From assembly GCA_036785375.1 (NCBI GenBank), contig JAWMAR010000006.1, positions 992,001-1,056,000 on the forward strand: a stretch of 64,000 nucleotides of DNA. The letters are read 5' to 3'. The position numbers and the translations under genes are program-made. This DNA comes from Leucoraja ocellata. Its lineage: Eukaryota. This document shows positions 37,931-51,679 of the stretch, one piece after another (position 1 is the first letter of the stretch; each line of letters starts with the position of its first letter). The notes beneath the pieces are model-generated. The model was given only the letters and a program-made list of their open reading frames with translations, was not told where the DNA came from and ran no database searches.

Positions 37931-38896
37931 AAATTGGTTGATGTATTTCCTATATTACAACTCTGACTAAATTTCAAAAATGCGACCTTGCTTTTTTGTT
38001 AGAGATATCACACCTGTTGTCAGGTTTGGACCCGGGTCTCCGGTGCTGTAAGGCAGCAACTCTACCGCTGTGTCACAATGCCTCCCTAATTATACACAGT
38101 TTGTAAAATATAAAGGCAAGCTTCTTTATTGAATATTGTTTCCTTTTAAATTTAAAACTAAATCGAATCATCTTGAGGACTAATTCAGCTTCTTTATAAC
38201 CCTTGAGGAACTCATACCTAACTGATGAGACTAGCTGAAGTCATATTGAAACCTTCTCCTGAACAGTTAGCAGCTGGGTTGGTTGAGACATATTTTCAAT
38301 TAACTCCCAAGTAATGGTCAGGCCTCGGAGAGTATTTGACGTGGATCCAGATGTCTCATCCTATTGCTGTTCTGTGCTGTGACTCTGGTTAATTTTGTGG
38401 TGAGCAATGTAAACTATGATCTGCAAAGTTGTTTTTCAATAATGTCCCCTGTCGTGCCAACCTACAAACCCAAGAAGCAAACACAGGATGTGGGAGACAC
38501 AAGTAACACGCAACCTGATCTGCATGATTTGTGAGTACAGTGTCATCTGTAAATGCAGTGAGCAATCCTTCTTGTTAATCGCAATGGTGGCGAACTAACT
38601 TACACTCGACAAGTGGCAGGGTGCAGCTCAGCACTGAGATGCCTCCACTGGTGCAGTACATGTGGTTCACTGTGCAGTGGACAGAGAGGTGGACTAGTGG
38701 TTTTTAGTATCTGTCACTAAAAGAGACATTGAATGCTATGGATCACATTCTGGATGGTGACAATACAAATAGCAATCCATAACTGAAATAGAAAAAAAAA
38801 ACTCTCAATATAATAGAAATATGTTTATTGTACGTTTCTGGCCACAAGGAGTTGAAGATACTGGTTTACAAAAGTATCTCACAAATGTTGGAGTGG

Positions 38897-39070
38897 TTTT
38901 AGTTTAGAGATACAGCATGGAAACAGGTCCTTCGGCCAAACCAGTCAATGCCAACCATCGATCACATGTATAAGAATGTGCAAACTCTACACAGACAGCA
39001 CCCAAGGTTAGGATCAAACCTGGATTTCTGGTGCTGTAAGATAGCAGCTCTGCCACTGTGCCAGTGTGTT
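38897..39070 (-). mobile_element. V-SINE with internal deletion, nested in a Penelope unit
   Basis: Tail and head present, core missing. Confidence 0.8.
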
Positions 39071-39233
39071 ACCCAACTGAGTGGGTCAGGCTGAATCTCT
39101 GGAGAACATGGATATGTGATGTTTGGGTTGGGACCCTTAATCAGACTGAAGAAGTGTCCCTACCCAAAATGTCACCTATGCACATCCTCCAGCGATGCTA
39201 CCTGTCCTGCTGAGTTACTCCAGCACTTATTAT

Positions 39234-39405
39234 AAGAAGGCAGACAAAAATGCTGGAGAAACTCAGCGGGTGAGGCAGCATCCATGGAGCGAAGGATCCG
39301 AAACATCACCTATTCCTTCGCTCCATAGATGCTGCCTCACCCGCTGAGTTTCTCCAGCATTTTTGTCTGCCTTCGATTTTTCCAGCATCTGCAGTTCTTT
39401 CTGAA
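39234..39405. mobile_element. Palindromic Penelope-derived unit with 14-bp TSD, nested in an older one (39077-39233)
   Basis: ccagcacttattat at 39220-39233 and 39406-39419. Confidence 0.85.
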
Positions 39406-41046
39406 CCAGCACTTATTATTGTAAGTTTCTAAACTGATTTAGCTGACTGATCAGTTATGATCTTATTGAAGGGCATTGCACGCAAGGGACAAAATAGGCT
39501 ACTTCCTCATCTATTTCTTAAAATCGAAATATAAACAGAAAATGCTGGAAATGCTCATCAGATCAGACAGGATCTGTGGAGAGGGAAACAGTCAACATTG
39601 CAAAATATTAAATCAATTGTTCCACGATGTGAAACCGTTTAAATTAAAGCAATGTCTAACCTAAATTAAAATAGTCTAATCCTGGTCCGTGTGAAATTCC
39701 GCACATTCTTGCTTTGCTTTAGAAAGGTCTTACCTGGTGCTTTTCTTAGATATGTGATGTGATAACTTAACCAAAGTATCCGTTTGAAGCAATTCACATC
39801 ACGCATTGTGGTTTAATGGTTCGATGGTGCTTTACTGTCACATTTACCTCGGTGCAGTGAAATTCATTTTTTTGCATATAGTGATATTTGCTAGCCGTTC
39901 AATAGTGAGAATTCCAAAATGTGAAATAAAAAAACATATATATATATAGAAGACTGAAAAAGGGTCCTGACTAAACCATCACCTATCCATGTTCTCCAGA
40001 GGTATTGCCTGAACAACTGAGTTATTCCAGCACCGTGTGTATATTTTTTATGTAGGTTTCTCAATGATTTAGCATGGAGATTTAAGCATGATGACAAATT
40101 TTTGATTCAATACCCTTTTTTTAAGAACTACCTAATTAAAGCATTACATTTGGCTTTATTTAAGGCATGTTACATTTGAATTAGTCAAACACAAAAACTT
40201 AAAATACTTGAGAATCCTTAAAAAAAAAAGCTGTTCAAAAAAAGCTGGGGAAAATGATTTTGCATAAGCCATGTTGTTTTTGCCATCTGCCACAAGATCA
40301 TTAACTCTAAATTTATAACAAAGTGTGCAAATAAATGGAATTATTCAAAATAAAATCTCAACAAGTATCCATCCAATCTTTCAATAGTACAACATTCCCC
40401 AATGGTTATCTCTTCCCTATTCAAGTTTAAATTTATCTGATCGCTTATTCCATTATCTGACATCGTCCTCTGGATCTTTGGTCCTAAGACCTCACTGCCT
40501 CTGATTGCAGTTAACCATATGACTTTTCTCTGGATTCTGGTGTGCGTACAGTCTGCTTGGGCATAGTTTAGCCTTATTATTGTCACATCTACCAAAGTAG
40601 AATGAAAAGCATTGGTTTGTGTGCCATCCGAATAAATCAGTTACATGTATACCAAACACAAGTACAAAGAGAAAAGTATCAGTGTGCAGGTTATAATTTC
40701 TCAGCATTGTCACAGAACAGTTCCAGAGAAAAGGTCCAATGTGTGTGTGTAGTTTAATCAGTTTAGTTATTATCACGTGGTACAGTTAAAGGATTTTGTT
40801 GTGTGCTAACCAGTCAGCAGAAAAACATGATTACAATCGAGCCATCCACAGTGTACAGATACATGATAAAGGAAATTATGTTTAGTGCAAGATAAAGTCC
40901 AGGTATCCTGGCCTTACAGAAGGGCTGTTTAGAAGTCTAATCACAGAGGGGAAGAAGCTGTTACTCAGTCTAGTAGTATGTGCTTTCAAACTTCTGCCTG
41001 ATGGGAGCGGGGAGAAGGTTTTATCAGGATGGGACCTGTTGAAACA

Positions 41047-41278
41047 AGGCACAAAATGCTGGAGTAACTCAGCGGGTCAGGCAGCATCTCTGGAGAATAT
41101 GGATAGGTAATGTTTTGTGTCAGGACCCTTCTTCAGACTAAAGAGTCTGAAGAAAGTTCCTAACCTGAAATGTCACCCATCCAGAGAGGTTCTCCAGAGA
41201 TGCTGCCTGACCTGCTGTTATTCCAGCACTTTGTGGCTTTTTTGAAAGCCAGTATCTGCAGTTCTTTGTTTCTACATC
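41047..41278. mobile_element. Head-to-head palindromic Penelope-derived unit
   Basis: Two degenerate hammerhead cores on opposite strands around 41140. Confidence 0.8.
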
Positions 41279-41824
41279 TCCTTGATTATGTTGCCTGCTT
41301 TCCCGAGGGAGCACAAAGTACAGATGGGGTCAATGGTGGGGAGTCTAGTCTGTGATGGACTGGGCTGCATCCACTATTCACTGCAACTTGGGCAACAGAT
41401 GTACCCTGATGTGTGGGATGCAATAAAAAGATTCTTCAAAATATTTAAAGCAATTACACAACAATTGATCTAAATAGTGTCATTCAATAGGCTTGTAATG
41501 TAATAAAAGTCGTAAAAGACCATTTTTACAGCATGTTTAATCATTATAAAAATTAAAATGTTTGCCAGTGTATTTATTTTTTTGTTTCTATTTATAAACA
41601 ACTGGTGCCAGATATTGGTGCTTATTCCTGTAATGAATAAACACAACTAAACTAAACATATTTTTAAAAGATTTTGCATACTCCAGTAAAAACAAACGTT
41701 GGCTTTAAAAAATAAACAGTTATGTCCTAAATTTTAAATCAGACATCGATGGATTTTCAACTTTTTGGTACATTCAGTTTCTTGCATTACACTTTCTTGC
41801 CACATTTTTAAGTAATGGTGTTTT

Positions 41825-42126
41825 TTAGTTTAGTTTAGTTTAGAGATACAGCATAGAAATGGGCCCTTTGGCCTACCGTGTCCGCATGACCAGCGATCCA
41901 CGCACATTAACACTATCCTACACACACTAGGGACACTTTACATTCATACCAAGCCATTTTACCTACAAACCTGTGTGTCTTTGGAGTCTGCGAGCAAACT
42001 GAAGATCTTGGAGAAAACCCATGCGGTCACGGGGAGAACGTACTAGCTCTGTACAGACAGCATCAGTATGGAACGCGGGTCTCTGGAGATGCATGCGCTG
42101 TAAGGCAGCAACTCTACCACTGCACC
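41825..42126 (-). mobile_element. HE1/V-SINE
   Basis: Full reverse-complement match. Confidence 0.88.
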
Positions 42127-42481
42127 TGTTTTTATTAAACATTAAAAAATTATCACACTTATGGAAAAAATCTTTCTAAAATCCATGCAAGCAGTGCCAT
42201 GGAACATACTGATCGAGTACAATAGAATCAAATGTGTACTGGCAATAGAACAATTAAATTCTTACTTGCAGCAGCATAACAAGTCTATCACTCAATATAC
42301 TGGGATAATAGATAATAAACAACATGAAAACAATCAATAATTCCACCAGCAGTGCAAAAAAAAAAAGCTTGAAATCCTTAAGTGTAACCAAAGACCGTCC
42401 ATAGTTTATAGCTCAGTGTTATGGAGTGTTGAATCTGGTGGTTGTTTGGAAGAAGCTGTTCTTGAACATAGTGGTCATGGT

Positions 42482-42584
42482 AGAGGGTCCGAAGAAGGAC
42501 CTCGACCTGAAACGTCACCTATCCGTGTTCTCCAGAGAAGCAGTCTGACCTGCTGAGTGTTGACCTCCAACACTTTGTGTCCTG
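42482..42584 (+). mobile_element. Short Penelope-derived unit with 11-bp TSD
   Basis: gtggtcatggt at 42471-42481 and 42585-42595. Confidence 0.8.
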
Positions 42585-42899
42585 GTGGTCATGGTCTTCA
42601 TATTCCTATACCTTCTTCCCAATGCAGAGGAGGTACAGTTTACAAGAGGAACTTAAGGTGCCCCCGAACTTTGTCGACATCCATAATGGACAACTTGAGG
42701 GTCATGGGCTAATAAATGAATTTACATGAGCTTCGCGGGTGTCCTCTGGCAATATGTTGGCTGCTGAAGATTAGCGGTGGGGAGCCAAGGAGTTCCGCAA
42801 ACATCGGTCGATCGTTGGGTAATTTTGCTCAGAACCCATAAATGGAACTGATGTGTACAATTAAGCTGAAAGGCCAGATCTGTTGATCAGTCTGGGTGT

Positions 42900-43147
42900 C
42901 ACAAAGTGCTGGAGTAACTCTGCAGGTCAAGCAACTTCTCTGGAGAAAAAGGATGGGTGATGTTTCGGGTCAGGACCCTTCTTTGGACTGAAAGTAGAAG
43001 GAGGAAATTGGAGGTAAGATTTCTTCCCCTCTTAACTTTTCTTACTCTTTTTCTCCAGAGATGCTGCCTAACCCGCTGAGTTACTCCAACACTTTGTGTC
43101 TATCTTCGGTACAGTATATACCAGTATCTGCCGTTCATTTCTACACA
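42900..43147. mobile_element. Palindromic Penelope-derived unit
   Basis: Inverted then direct copy of the gatgctgcctgacccgctgagttactcca unit. Confidence 0.75.
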
Positions 43148-43463
43148 TTGGTGTTGGTCGTGGGTGGGGTTCAGTAGTCTGGGGGCAGGGCAGGGCAGTC
43201 AATTGAAGGAAGCGGATGCCTTCTTTTTAAAAAAGGGAGGAAATTGGCAGGTCAGGCAGCATCTGTGGAAGGAAATGGGCAGATGACGTGTTGGATTGGG
43301 ATCATTCTCAAACTGAAGGAGTAAGGTCCCAACACCATTTGTGTTGCCTGCCCATGTCTCCTCCGGCAGTTTGTCTTTTGCTCAGGGTTCCAGCATCTGC
43401 AGTTTCTTGTGCCCCCGTTTGCCTGATCTAGTGTTCATTGGATCAGGGTTGAGAAGATCCTGA

Positions 43464-43963
43464 GCGGCACGGTGGTGCAGCGGTGGAGTTGGTGCCTTAC
43501 TGCGCTAGACACCTGGGTTCAATCATGACTACGGGTGCTGTCTGTATGGAGTTTGCACGTTCCCTGGGATTTCCGGTATCCTCCCACACTCCAAAGATGT
43601 ACTGGTATAATTAGCTTGGTATAATTGTAAATTGTCCCTATTGTGTGCAAATAGTGTTAGTGTGCGGGGATCACTGGTCAGTGCGGACTCGGTACAAAGT
43701 ACAAACCAGCGATCGCTGCATATTAACACTATCCTACACACACTAGGGACAATTTTTTTTTACATTTACCAAGCCAATTTACCTACATATCTTTACGTCT
43801 TTGGAGTGTGGGAGGAAGCCGAAGATCTCGGAGAAAACCCACATGGCCACAGGAAGAACATACAAACTCCGTACAGACACTACCTGTAGTCAGGGTCGAA
43901 GCCGGCTCTCTGGCGCTGCAAGCGCTGTAAGGCAGCAAAACTACCGCTGCGCCACCGTGCCGC
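43464..43963. mobile_element. Two V-SINEs fused tail to tail
   Basis: Plus copy 43464-43693, filler, then minus copy 43704-43963. Confidence 0.88.
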
Positions 43964-44306
43964 ACAGTTCTTGTACAAACTGATTATTTTTATCTGCAAC
44001 TTTTATGACTCATAATTGCCAACTAACTCAGGTTTATCAGGTTCTGTTGTGCAAAGTTTCATAACGTGTAATTAGAATCACATTTAATAAATGTAATGAT
44101 TTCAAATTATCTCAAGGTAATCATTCTGGTGGCAATATTCCCAAATTAGCATAAGCAGACCCTATAATGTTGTCGACTTCATTTCAATCTTCATTTCTGC
44201 TTTTCAATCCAAAGATGGTTATAGACACCAATGTAGCCAAAGTATCAATGATAAATTAAGTCATCAATTGGCGGAAGTGTAGAACGTGCGACATTAGGCT
44301 AGGAGG

Positions 44307-44622
44307 GGTGGCATGGTGGCGCAGCGGTAAAGTTGCTGCCTTACAGTACCAGAGACCCGGGTTCGATCCTGGCTATGGGTGCTGTGTGTACGGACTTTGT
44401 ACGTTCACCCTATGACTACATGGATTTCCCGGGTGCTCCTGTTTCCTCCCACACTCCAAAGGCGTAGAGGTTTGTAGGTTAATTGTAAATTGTCGGTAAA
44501 GATTGTAAATTGTACCTAGTGTGTAGGATAGTGCTAGTGTACGGAGATCGCTGGTTGGCACGGGCTCAGTGGGCCGAAGTCCCTGTTTCCACCCTGTATC
44601 TCTAAATTAAACCAAACTAAAC
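44307..44622 (+). mobile_element. HE1/V-SINE
   Basis: Full match with (ctaaa)n tail. Confidence 0.92.
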
Positions 44623-45071
44623 CTGTTGAAGTGTGGGAGTAGGATTACAAAATTAAGGTCTCTGCTGTGGACTGCATCTTCTGCATTTGGGCTCAGCACT
44701 CGGAAACCATCAACTACAGTAATTGGCTAAAGGTAAGAAACTAATTCACACCATAGGTATGAAAGTGTCTTCTCTGAACCTGTTGTTAGATCTTCCATAA
44801 AAGAACAGGTAAATAAAACTGTGAAGGATGTGAAAATACAAAACTATTTTATCCATAATCCATCAAACTAAATGGTTGAGCAGACTGGGGCATGGAGAAA
44901 TTGATTGATCACAGTGTTTTTTCCCAGGGTAGAGGATTCTAAAACTAGAGGGCATAGGCCTAAAGTGAGAGGGAAAACATTTACGAGGAAGACAAGGACA
45001 ATTTTTTAACACAGAGGGCAGTTCGTATCGAGAATGAGATGCTAGAGAAGCAGATGCAGATGCAATTATGG

Positions 45072-45461
45072 AGGGAAGGAATGGGCGATGATTCTTCTTC
45101 CGACTGAAAGTCATGGGAAAGGGAAATGAGAGATATAGACGATGATGTAGAGAGATATAGAATAATGAATGAAAGATATGCAAAAAGTAACGATGATAAA
45201 GGAAACAGGCCATTGTTAGCTGTTTGTTGGGTGAAAACGAGAAGCTGGTGTGACTTGGGTGGGGGAGGGATGGAGAGAAAGGGAATGCCGGGGTTATTTG
45301 AAGTTAGAGAAAGCAATATTCATACCACTGGGCTGTAAGCTACCCAAGCGAAAAATGACCTGCTGTTCCTCCAATATGCATTTAGCCTCACTCTGATAAT
45401 GGAGGAGACCTAGGACAGATAGGTCAATGTGGGAATGGGCAGGAGAATTAAAGTGTTTAGC
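45072..45461 (-). mobile_element. Penelope-like element: endonuclease C-terminus + 3' terminal region
   Basis: AKHFNSPAHSHIDLSVLGLLHYQSEAKCILEEQQVIFRLGSLQPSGMNIAFSNFK-stop, followed by a 3' region ending in a partly deleted hammerhead motif. Confidence 0.88.
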
Positions 45462-45474
45462 AGCGGACACATTT

Positions 45475-46000
45475 GAATCATAGAATCATATAGTGTGGAA
45501 ACAGGCCCTTTGGCCCAATTTGCCCACACCGCTCAAAATGTCCCAGCAACACCAATCCCACCTGCCTGCATTTGGTCCATATCCCTCCAAACCTGTCCAT
45601 GTACCATGTATCCATGTACCTGTCTAACTGTTTCTTAAATGTTGGCAGAGACCCTGCCTCAACTACCTAATAGAAGGAGATCTAATAGAAGCACATAAAC
45701 TTATGATTGGCATTGATATAGACCTTTTTCCCCAGGATGGAAATATCAAGGGCTAGACGACATCGCTTTAAGGTGAGAGGGGATTTGCAGGGCAAGCTTT
45801 TTATATTGAGAGTGGCGGATGCCTGGAACAGTGGTCATGTACGTAGTTACAATAATGGCATTTAAAAGGATTTTAGACTGGCGTTCAGATATGCTGTGAA
45901 TGGGGGGATATGGGGCATGTGCAAGCAACTAAGATTGGTTTACCTTGGCATCATATTTGACACAGCATTATGGGCCGAAGGGTCTGTACTTTACGCTCCA
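45475..46000. mobile_element. Two CR1 3' fragments joined back to back (minus 45475-45668, plus 45669-46000)
   Basis: CR1 tail motifs on both strands. Another piece lies at 44880-45060. Confidence 0.75.
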
Positions 46001-47640
46001 TGTACCTTTAATTGCAGATACAGCAGTAGATAAAAGGTAATTCAGGAGATGAAAAACTATATTGTCTAATAACTATTATTGGAAACATATCTCTTGCCTG
46101 TAGAGATGAAATAGCAGAACAAGAGAGTTACAGTGTAAAGCAAAATCAGCACTCACTATTTGATGAGCAGAGCCAATTTTGCTGTCGGTCTCAATTCTAT
46201 TGCTTGAAATGTCAAGCAGTTGGTACAGCAGATGAATGATCCAGTTAGAAGGTCGAAGGTCTTGACCAAATTGAATCAATTACATGGTGACACTGTTGCA
46301 AGAAACCTACCTGACTGATTCTGAAAAGTCTACATTATAGCAAGGGTAGTCGAGGCAAAGGAGTCGTCCCTCGTGTCTGAAAGCAACTCCCAATGAAAGC
46401 TTCAGGGAAAGTTATATTTTAAAACATATTAATGCCGGACACATTATAAAGAGTGAAAATTCTCAATGTGTCATCCAACATTTAATCTTCATGAGAAGCA
46501 GGTTCAAACGAAAAGTTCCCAAAGCATTGAACTATCTTTTCTGAATTTAAATTCAAACCTGTTTATTTCTGCTGCTTCAGTTCCAGCTGCGAAGAAAGTC
46601 ATTGCTATTTTGACATCATGAGTAATCAGCTTTGCAATTTCAATTCGACCATGCGAGGAATTTTACAGCAGTTTTGCGGGAAATATTTACCTCATATTTA
46701 AACACAGCCAATTGCAAGCACAAGTCTTTCCAGTTAAGTCGTAATATATATTTATTGATATTTTTGGTGTGGCTGTATATATGCGGTAAATCTGAATGTC
46801 AGCGTATTTGTGGGTAAAGTGAAAAAGATGCTTATCCGTCCCTTCATATGTTTTAGAGTTATTTTTTGAAAATCCTCTGCATCTGACTTTGCAGGGTGTG
46901 TTGGACCCATCGTAATGAAGGTAATCCCAGGATTGCTGGCAGATCAGAGAGCACAATGCATCTCCGTATAGAAGCTTCCATTCTGTTTTACAACAAAGCA
47001 CATGCTTCACTTCACAGACCCCAAGTTCTGGGCCATTTTCTTTCAGTTTCGGTCTCTCAGTAATGAGACTGCCCTGTAATTTGTGGAAATAGTATAATTG
47101 GAGACCTTTGACTCTGCTCTATGGTCACACTCCTTTTATCAGCTTCCCATCAGTAATTGCCTAATTAAATGTTTCCTTCTGGTGAACAGATCTGTTTTAC
47201 GTTGCAGTCATATTTAATAACAACAGGTATACGAAAATAAAAAATTACAGATACGCTCAAGTGAAAATAAGTGGAGGATTTTATTGTTTGAATATAAAAA
47301 AAAAATAGGGAATATGTGCACTAAACTCATCATTTGGAGATTATCGCTGTTGCTATACTTTTATTTTACGACGTTATTTAAAAATTGCACCGCAAATTAC
47401 AATCCAAAGTGCAGTTCACTCCCACAGTCTTCATTTGAAGAATAATATTGTAAAAGTAAGCATCATTTAGGTAGAAAAGGAGAATAAAATATAATTCATC
47501 TTTTGTAGCTAGTATGTAAACCCGGGAAGCAATTATGTTCATATTAGGTTTACTTATTCATCACTATTTTACAAATAAACCCACACATGCAAAGGCATCC
47601 TTAGAACAGTGAACCAAGGAAGGTTGTTCAAGCTTAATAG

Positions 47641-48452
47641 TGGGCCTGTCCCACTTAGGCGATTTTACAGGCGACTGCCGGTGACTGTCAAGTTGCCGGC
47701 AATCGCCTGAAAAACCGGCAACTGGAACGGCGACTGTCAGTGGAACACACACACAAACACATCGCTTCCTTCACCAGTTCGTTATGCAGGTGGGGGACAG
47801 GGCAAGCGGGGAGAGCCCTGTCTGAGTGAAATTCACATGGTGCAAAGCCAATGTGATACAGACACACACCGCGATGAACAGGAAGGTTGTCACTGTAATT
47901 AAGAAGCTAAAAAGCACAGTGTACCGCAAGTCCTTTAAAAGAGGGGGGGGGGGGGGGGGTGGGAGGGTGAGGGGGAAGAGGGGGGAGAAGGGGGAGAGAA
48001 GGAGTGGAGACAACCTTTAAGAAGCCAGAGATACACGGATGTGAAGCTCGGCGAACAATAACATTACTGGTCAGTTATCCTTGGTTCTGAAAACTACTGC
48101 TTACGTTTTTTTTCTCCCAATGAGCCAATGAAATTCACCGGTCAGCACCAGCTACAACATATGAGAACCTAAGAGAACCGTCGACCTTCTTGCAACCCAC
48201 TAGGACCTCCTGGTGAGCCACCTACGGCACGAAAATTCTCGCTACTCTCCATTCTAGTCGCTGCTAATTTTTCAACATGTTAAAAAATTTGTGGCGACCA
48301 TAATGAAGCCGCGACTAGTTCCCAGAATGCAGGAACTCCTCACTACCATGAAGGCGACTCCCCGGCAACCACCCGCGAACATGAGGCGACCATATGGCGA
48401 CCGCATTGTCTCCTGCAGTCGCCTAAAAAGTCGCCTAAGTGGGACAGGCCCA
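47641..48452. mobile_element. PIF/Harbinger-type MITE, type D (~810 bp)
   Basis: TIR tgggcctgtcccacttaggcga at both ends, TAG/TAA flanks, GGCGAC/GTCGCC repeats. Confidence 0.88.
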
Positions 48453-49877
48453 TAAGTATTCATTCATTGAGAAGTATCATAATTAACATAAAACCTTCAT
48501 TTGGAGGAGGGGCTGTAGGAGGGAGATCATTATGGGTTAGTGATGAATAATTAAGTTCATGACACAGATGTTTTTGCTTTGCCATGATTAATACTACTGT
48601 ACATCTTGCAATATTACACTCTTGGTATTTTGATGCCCTCTCTTATAAACAAGTGGAATGGAGGAATCAGAATTCTGCAGCAGTGAGGAAAACCATTCTC
48701 GTTCTCGTCTTGATGCTGAGTCAGCAAATAGGCACGGCGGCGCAGCGGTAGAGTTGCTGCCTTACAGCGCAAGAGACCAGGGATCGATCCTGGCCTGCAG
48801 AGGCCAAATCAATAGGCCTCTACAGGCAGACATTGATCAAATCTTGATTAGTACGGGTGTCAGGTGTTTATGTGAAGAAGGAAGGAGAATGGGATTGAGA
48901 GGGAATGATAGATCAGCCATGATTGAATGGTGGAGTAGACATGATGGGCCAAATGGCCTAACTCTGCTCCTATCGCTTATGAACTTATGAAATCAGTGGA
49001 ACTAAGTGATCCAGAAGAAGAGAATAAGATACTGTTGCTAATAAATCATTTTTGAAAGTGTTCATGTATGAGTGTGTAAACAGTCTACTTCACCAAGAAC
49101 ATGAACTCCAATAACACAGGCATTTGCACAAAGAAAATATAAAACCCACTGTGCATAATCAAGGTTACTCAAGAGTATTTTAATGTCTTATGTACCAATG
49201 ATGGAACAACGAGATTCTTACTTGCTGCAGCTGAACAGGAACATTAACACAATATCCCGCAGATAAATAGATAATAATCAATGATAAAATAACTTAATAA
49301 CAGTAATACGAGGTAATCATAATAGTACAACCAAAGACACAGTGCATAGAATAGCATAGTTGCTAAAGTTAGTGTTGTGAAGTATTCAAGAGCCAATGGT
49401 TACTGGGAAGAAGTTGCTCATGAACCTGGTCCTCAAGGTTTTCAGGCTCAAGTAACTTTATCCCAATGATATTGGCGAAATGTGAGCATGGCCAGGGTTT
49501 GATAATATTGGCTGCCTTTTAGAGGTGATGGCAATGGTGAGACAGATTGATAATATACAACCATGCCTGGGAATTAAGGTTTGACTTGAAAAACAACCAA
49601 TTGCTCTGTCACCTCTACAGCCCCAGCCGCTAATTTGACACTGAGATGCTGCTGGATTGTTCAAAATGCTGTATTTCTGAAATGCTGAATTAATGCCTCA
49701 TCAGCACACTAAAATGAACTTTGTAGAAGAATCAAAGATTTCTCCCATTACTAAGGTAAATATTTGCCCGTTAATTCCAACCAAGGAGAACAGATCACCA
49801 AGTCATCACTATCTATGGGACCAGCAATCTATAAGTTCCGTGCCTGAATTAATTAGATCCATCCAACCAGTTATCAA

Positions 49878-50278
49878 TTTAGTTTAGTTTAGAGATACAG
49901 TGTGAAACAGGCCCTTCGACCCACTGAGTCCGCACCAACCAGTTCTACACCATATACCTGTTCTATCCTACACAATGGGGACAATTTACAGAAGCCAATT
50001 AAGTTTACAAGTTATAGGAGCAGATTTAGGCCATTTAGCTAATCAAGTCTATCAAGTCTACCCAAGTCAGGCCCATCAAGTCTACTCTGCCATTCAATCA
50101 TGGCTGATCTATCTTTCCCTCTCAAACCCAATTAACTTACAAACCTGCATGTTTTTGAGATGCTGGAGGAAACCAGAGCACCCAGAAGGAAACCCATGTG
50201 GTAACAGGGAGAACATGCAAACTCTGCACAGACAGCACCCAAGGTCAGGATCGAACCCTCTCTGGCACTGTGAGGCAG
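49878..50278 (-). mobile_element. HE1/V-SINE interrupted by a CR1 tail (~50008-50126)
   Basis: ccaattaa occurs on both sides of the insert. Confidence 0.82.
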
Positions 50279-50567
50279 AAATCCTAAATTGCTCACATAA
50301 GCAACTTGGCTAAAAATAAAGTTGTACAATATGGTAAACGTGGAAAATGCCATTAAAATATTTCCATAAATGGGAAAGTAAAATCCTTGAGTCAGCTGAG
50401 CCCCATCTATGGCCTCTTCCATGAAACTGAGGAGTGGTTGTTTGCAGTTTCTGTGTACTAACAATGTTCAAGGAGGTTTTAAATCTTTTGTAGCTGCTCC
50501 ACATTCTTTGTTTCCTCTGCATGTGGGGAAAGATAGTGTATTTGAACTGTTCACAACTAAGAATAAG

Positions 50568-50853
50568 GGGCGGCACAGTGGCGCAACAGTAGAGTTGTGG
50601 CCTCACAGCGGCAGAGACCCGGGTTTGATCCTGGCTATGGGTGCTCTCTGTACGGAGTTTGTATGTTCTCCCTGTGTCCGCGTGGGTTTTCTCCAGGTGC
50701 TCCGGTTTTCTCCCACACTCCAAAGACATACAGGTTTGTAGGTTCATTGACTTTAGTAAGTTGTAAAAATTGTCCCTAGTGTGTGGGTTAGCGCATGGGG
50801 TGATCGCTGGTCGACGTGGACACAGTGGGCTGAAGGGCCTGTTTCTGTGTTGT
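50568..50853 (+). mobile_element. HE1/V-SINE
   Basis: Full match. Confidence 0.9.
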
Positions 50854-51367
50854 TTCCACCTATAGGACTTGAGTATTGCAAGGGTAGTTTAATAATGTAT
50901 TTCATGATAGAATTCTAAAACATATTAGTATAGAAACGTGGGATAGGTCTCATAAACTCAAATGCAATTTGGTGGAAAATAGGTTTTGTGTAGATTTTTC
51001 AAACTTCAGTACCAATTAGCGTATGCTATCAAGATGAGGTTTCTTCCCCATGTTGTCTGATAAATACCATTCTCTTTCCACCAAATTCCAAATATTCATT
51101 GAGGCAGGAGAATCTTCGGCTGCTGGAATTTTGAGCAAAAAAATAGTAAGATTAAACGAGAACTTACCAGTTTGAAGTTTGATCTGTATTTTATGAGGAG
51201 TTACGATGATGGATTACGTGAAGTGCCCGCTCAGCATGCATGCGCGGCATACTTCAAAGCAGCGGTGTGGAATCACAGATAGACACAGTTATTGAAATAA
51301 ACATAGTAAAGAAAAGGAGACATCAGTTATCAGTTTGACCCATATTATTGAGGGTGGGAGCGGAGGG

Positions 51368-51480
51368 CACGTAATCCCTCATCGGAACTCCTCATAAAAT
51401 ACAAATCAAACTTCAAACTGGTAAGTTCTCGTTTAATCTTACTAATTTACTTCGGAGTCACGTGAGTGACTACGTGAAGA
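51368..51480. repeat. DIRS internal complementary region (circle junction)
   Basis: 51368-51444 is the reverse complement of 51144-51220, and 51446-51480 is the reverse complement of 54917-54951. Confidence 0.93.
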
Positions 51481-51679
51481 TTTTAAAGTTATTACTTCAC
51501 TCACTGCCGAAGTCCTTGAGGGAGGAAGTGTGTTATCGTAATCAACCAATGAATCTGTTTGTAGAAAAACACAATGGTATTTTTTAACAATAACAACAAA
51601 GAAATTAAATTGCTCCCCTGGGCTTAAACTAAATATTTGCAGTCTGTAAAAATGTTTCTGCAAATAAAGCAGGTTTTGC

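Noticed and set aside
44307-44385. tRNA genes
   Set aside because: A/B boxes continue into the V-SINE core and tail, so these are SINE heads.
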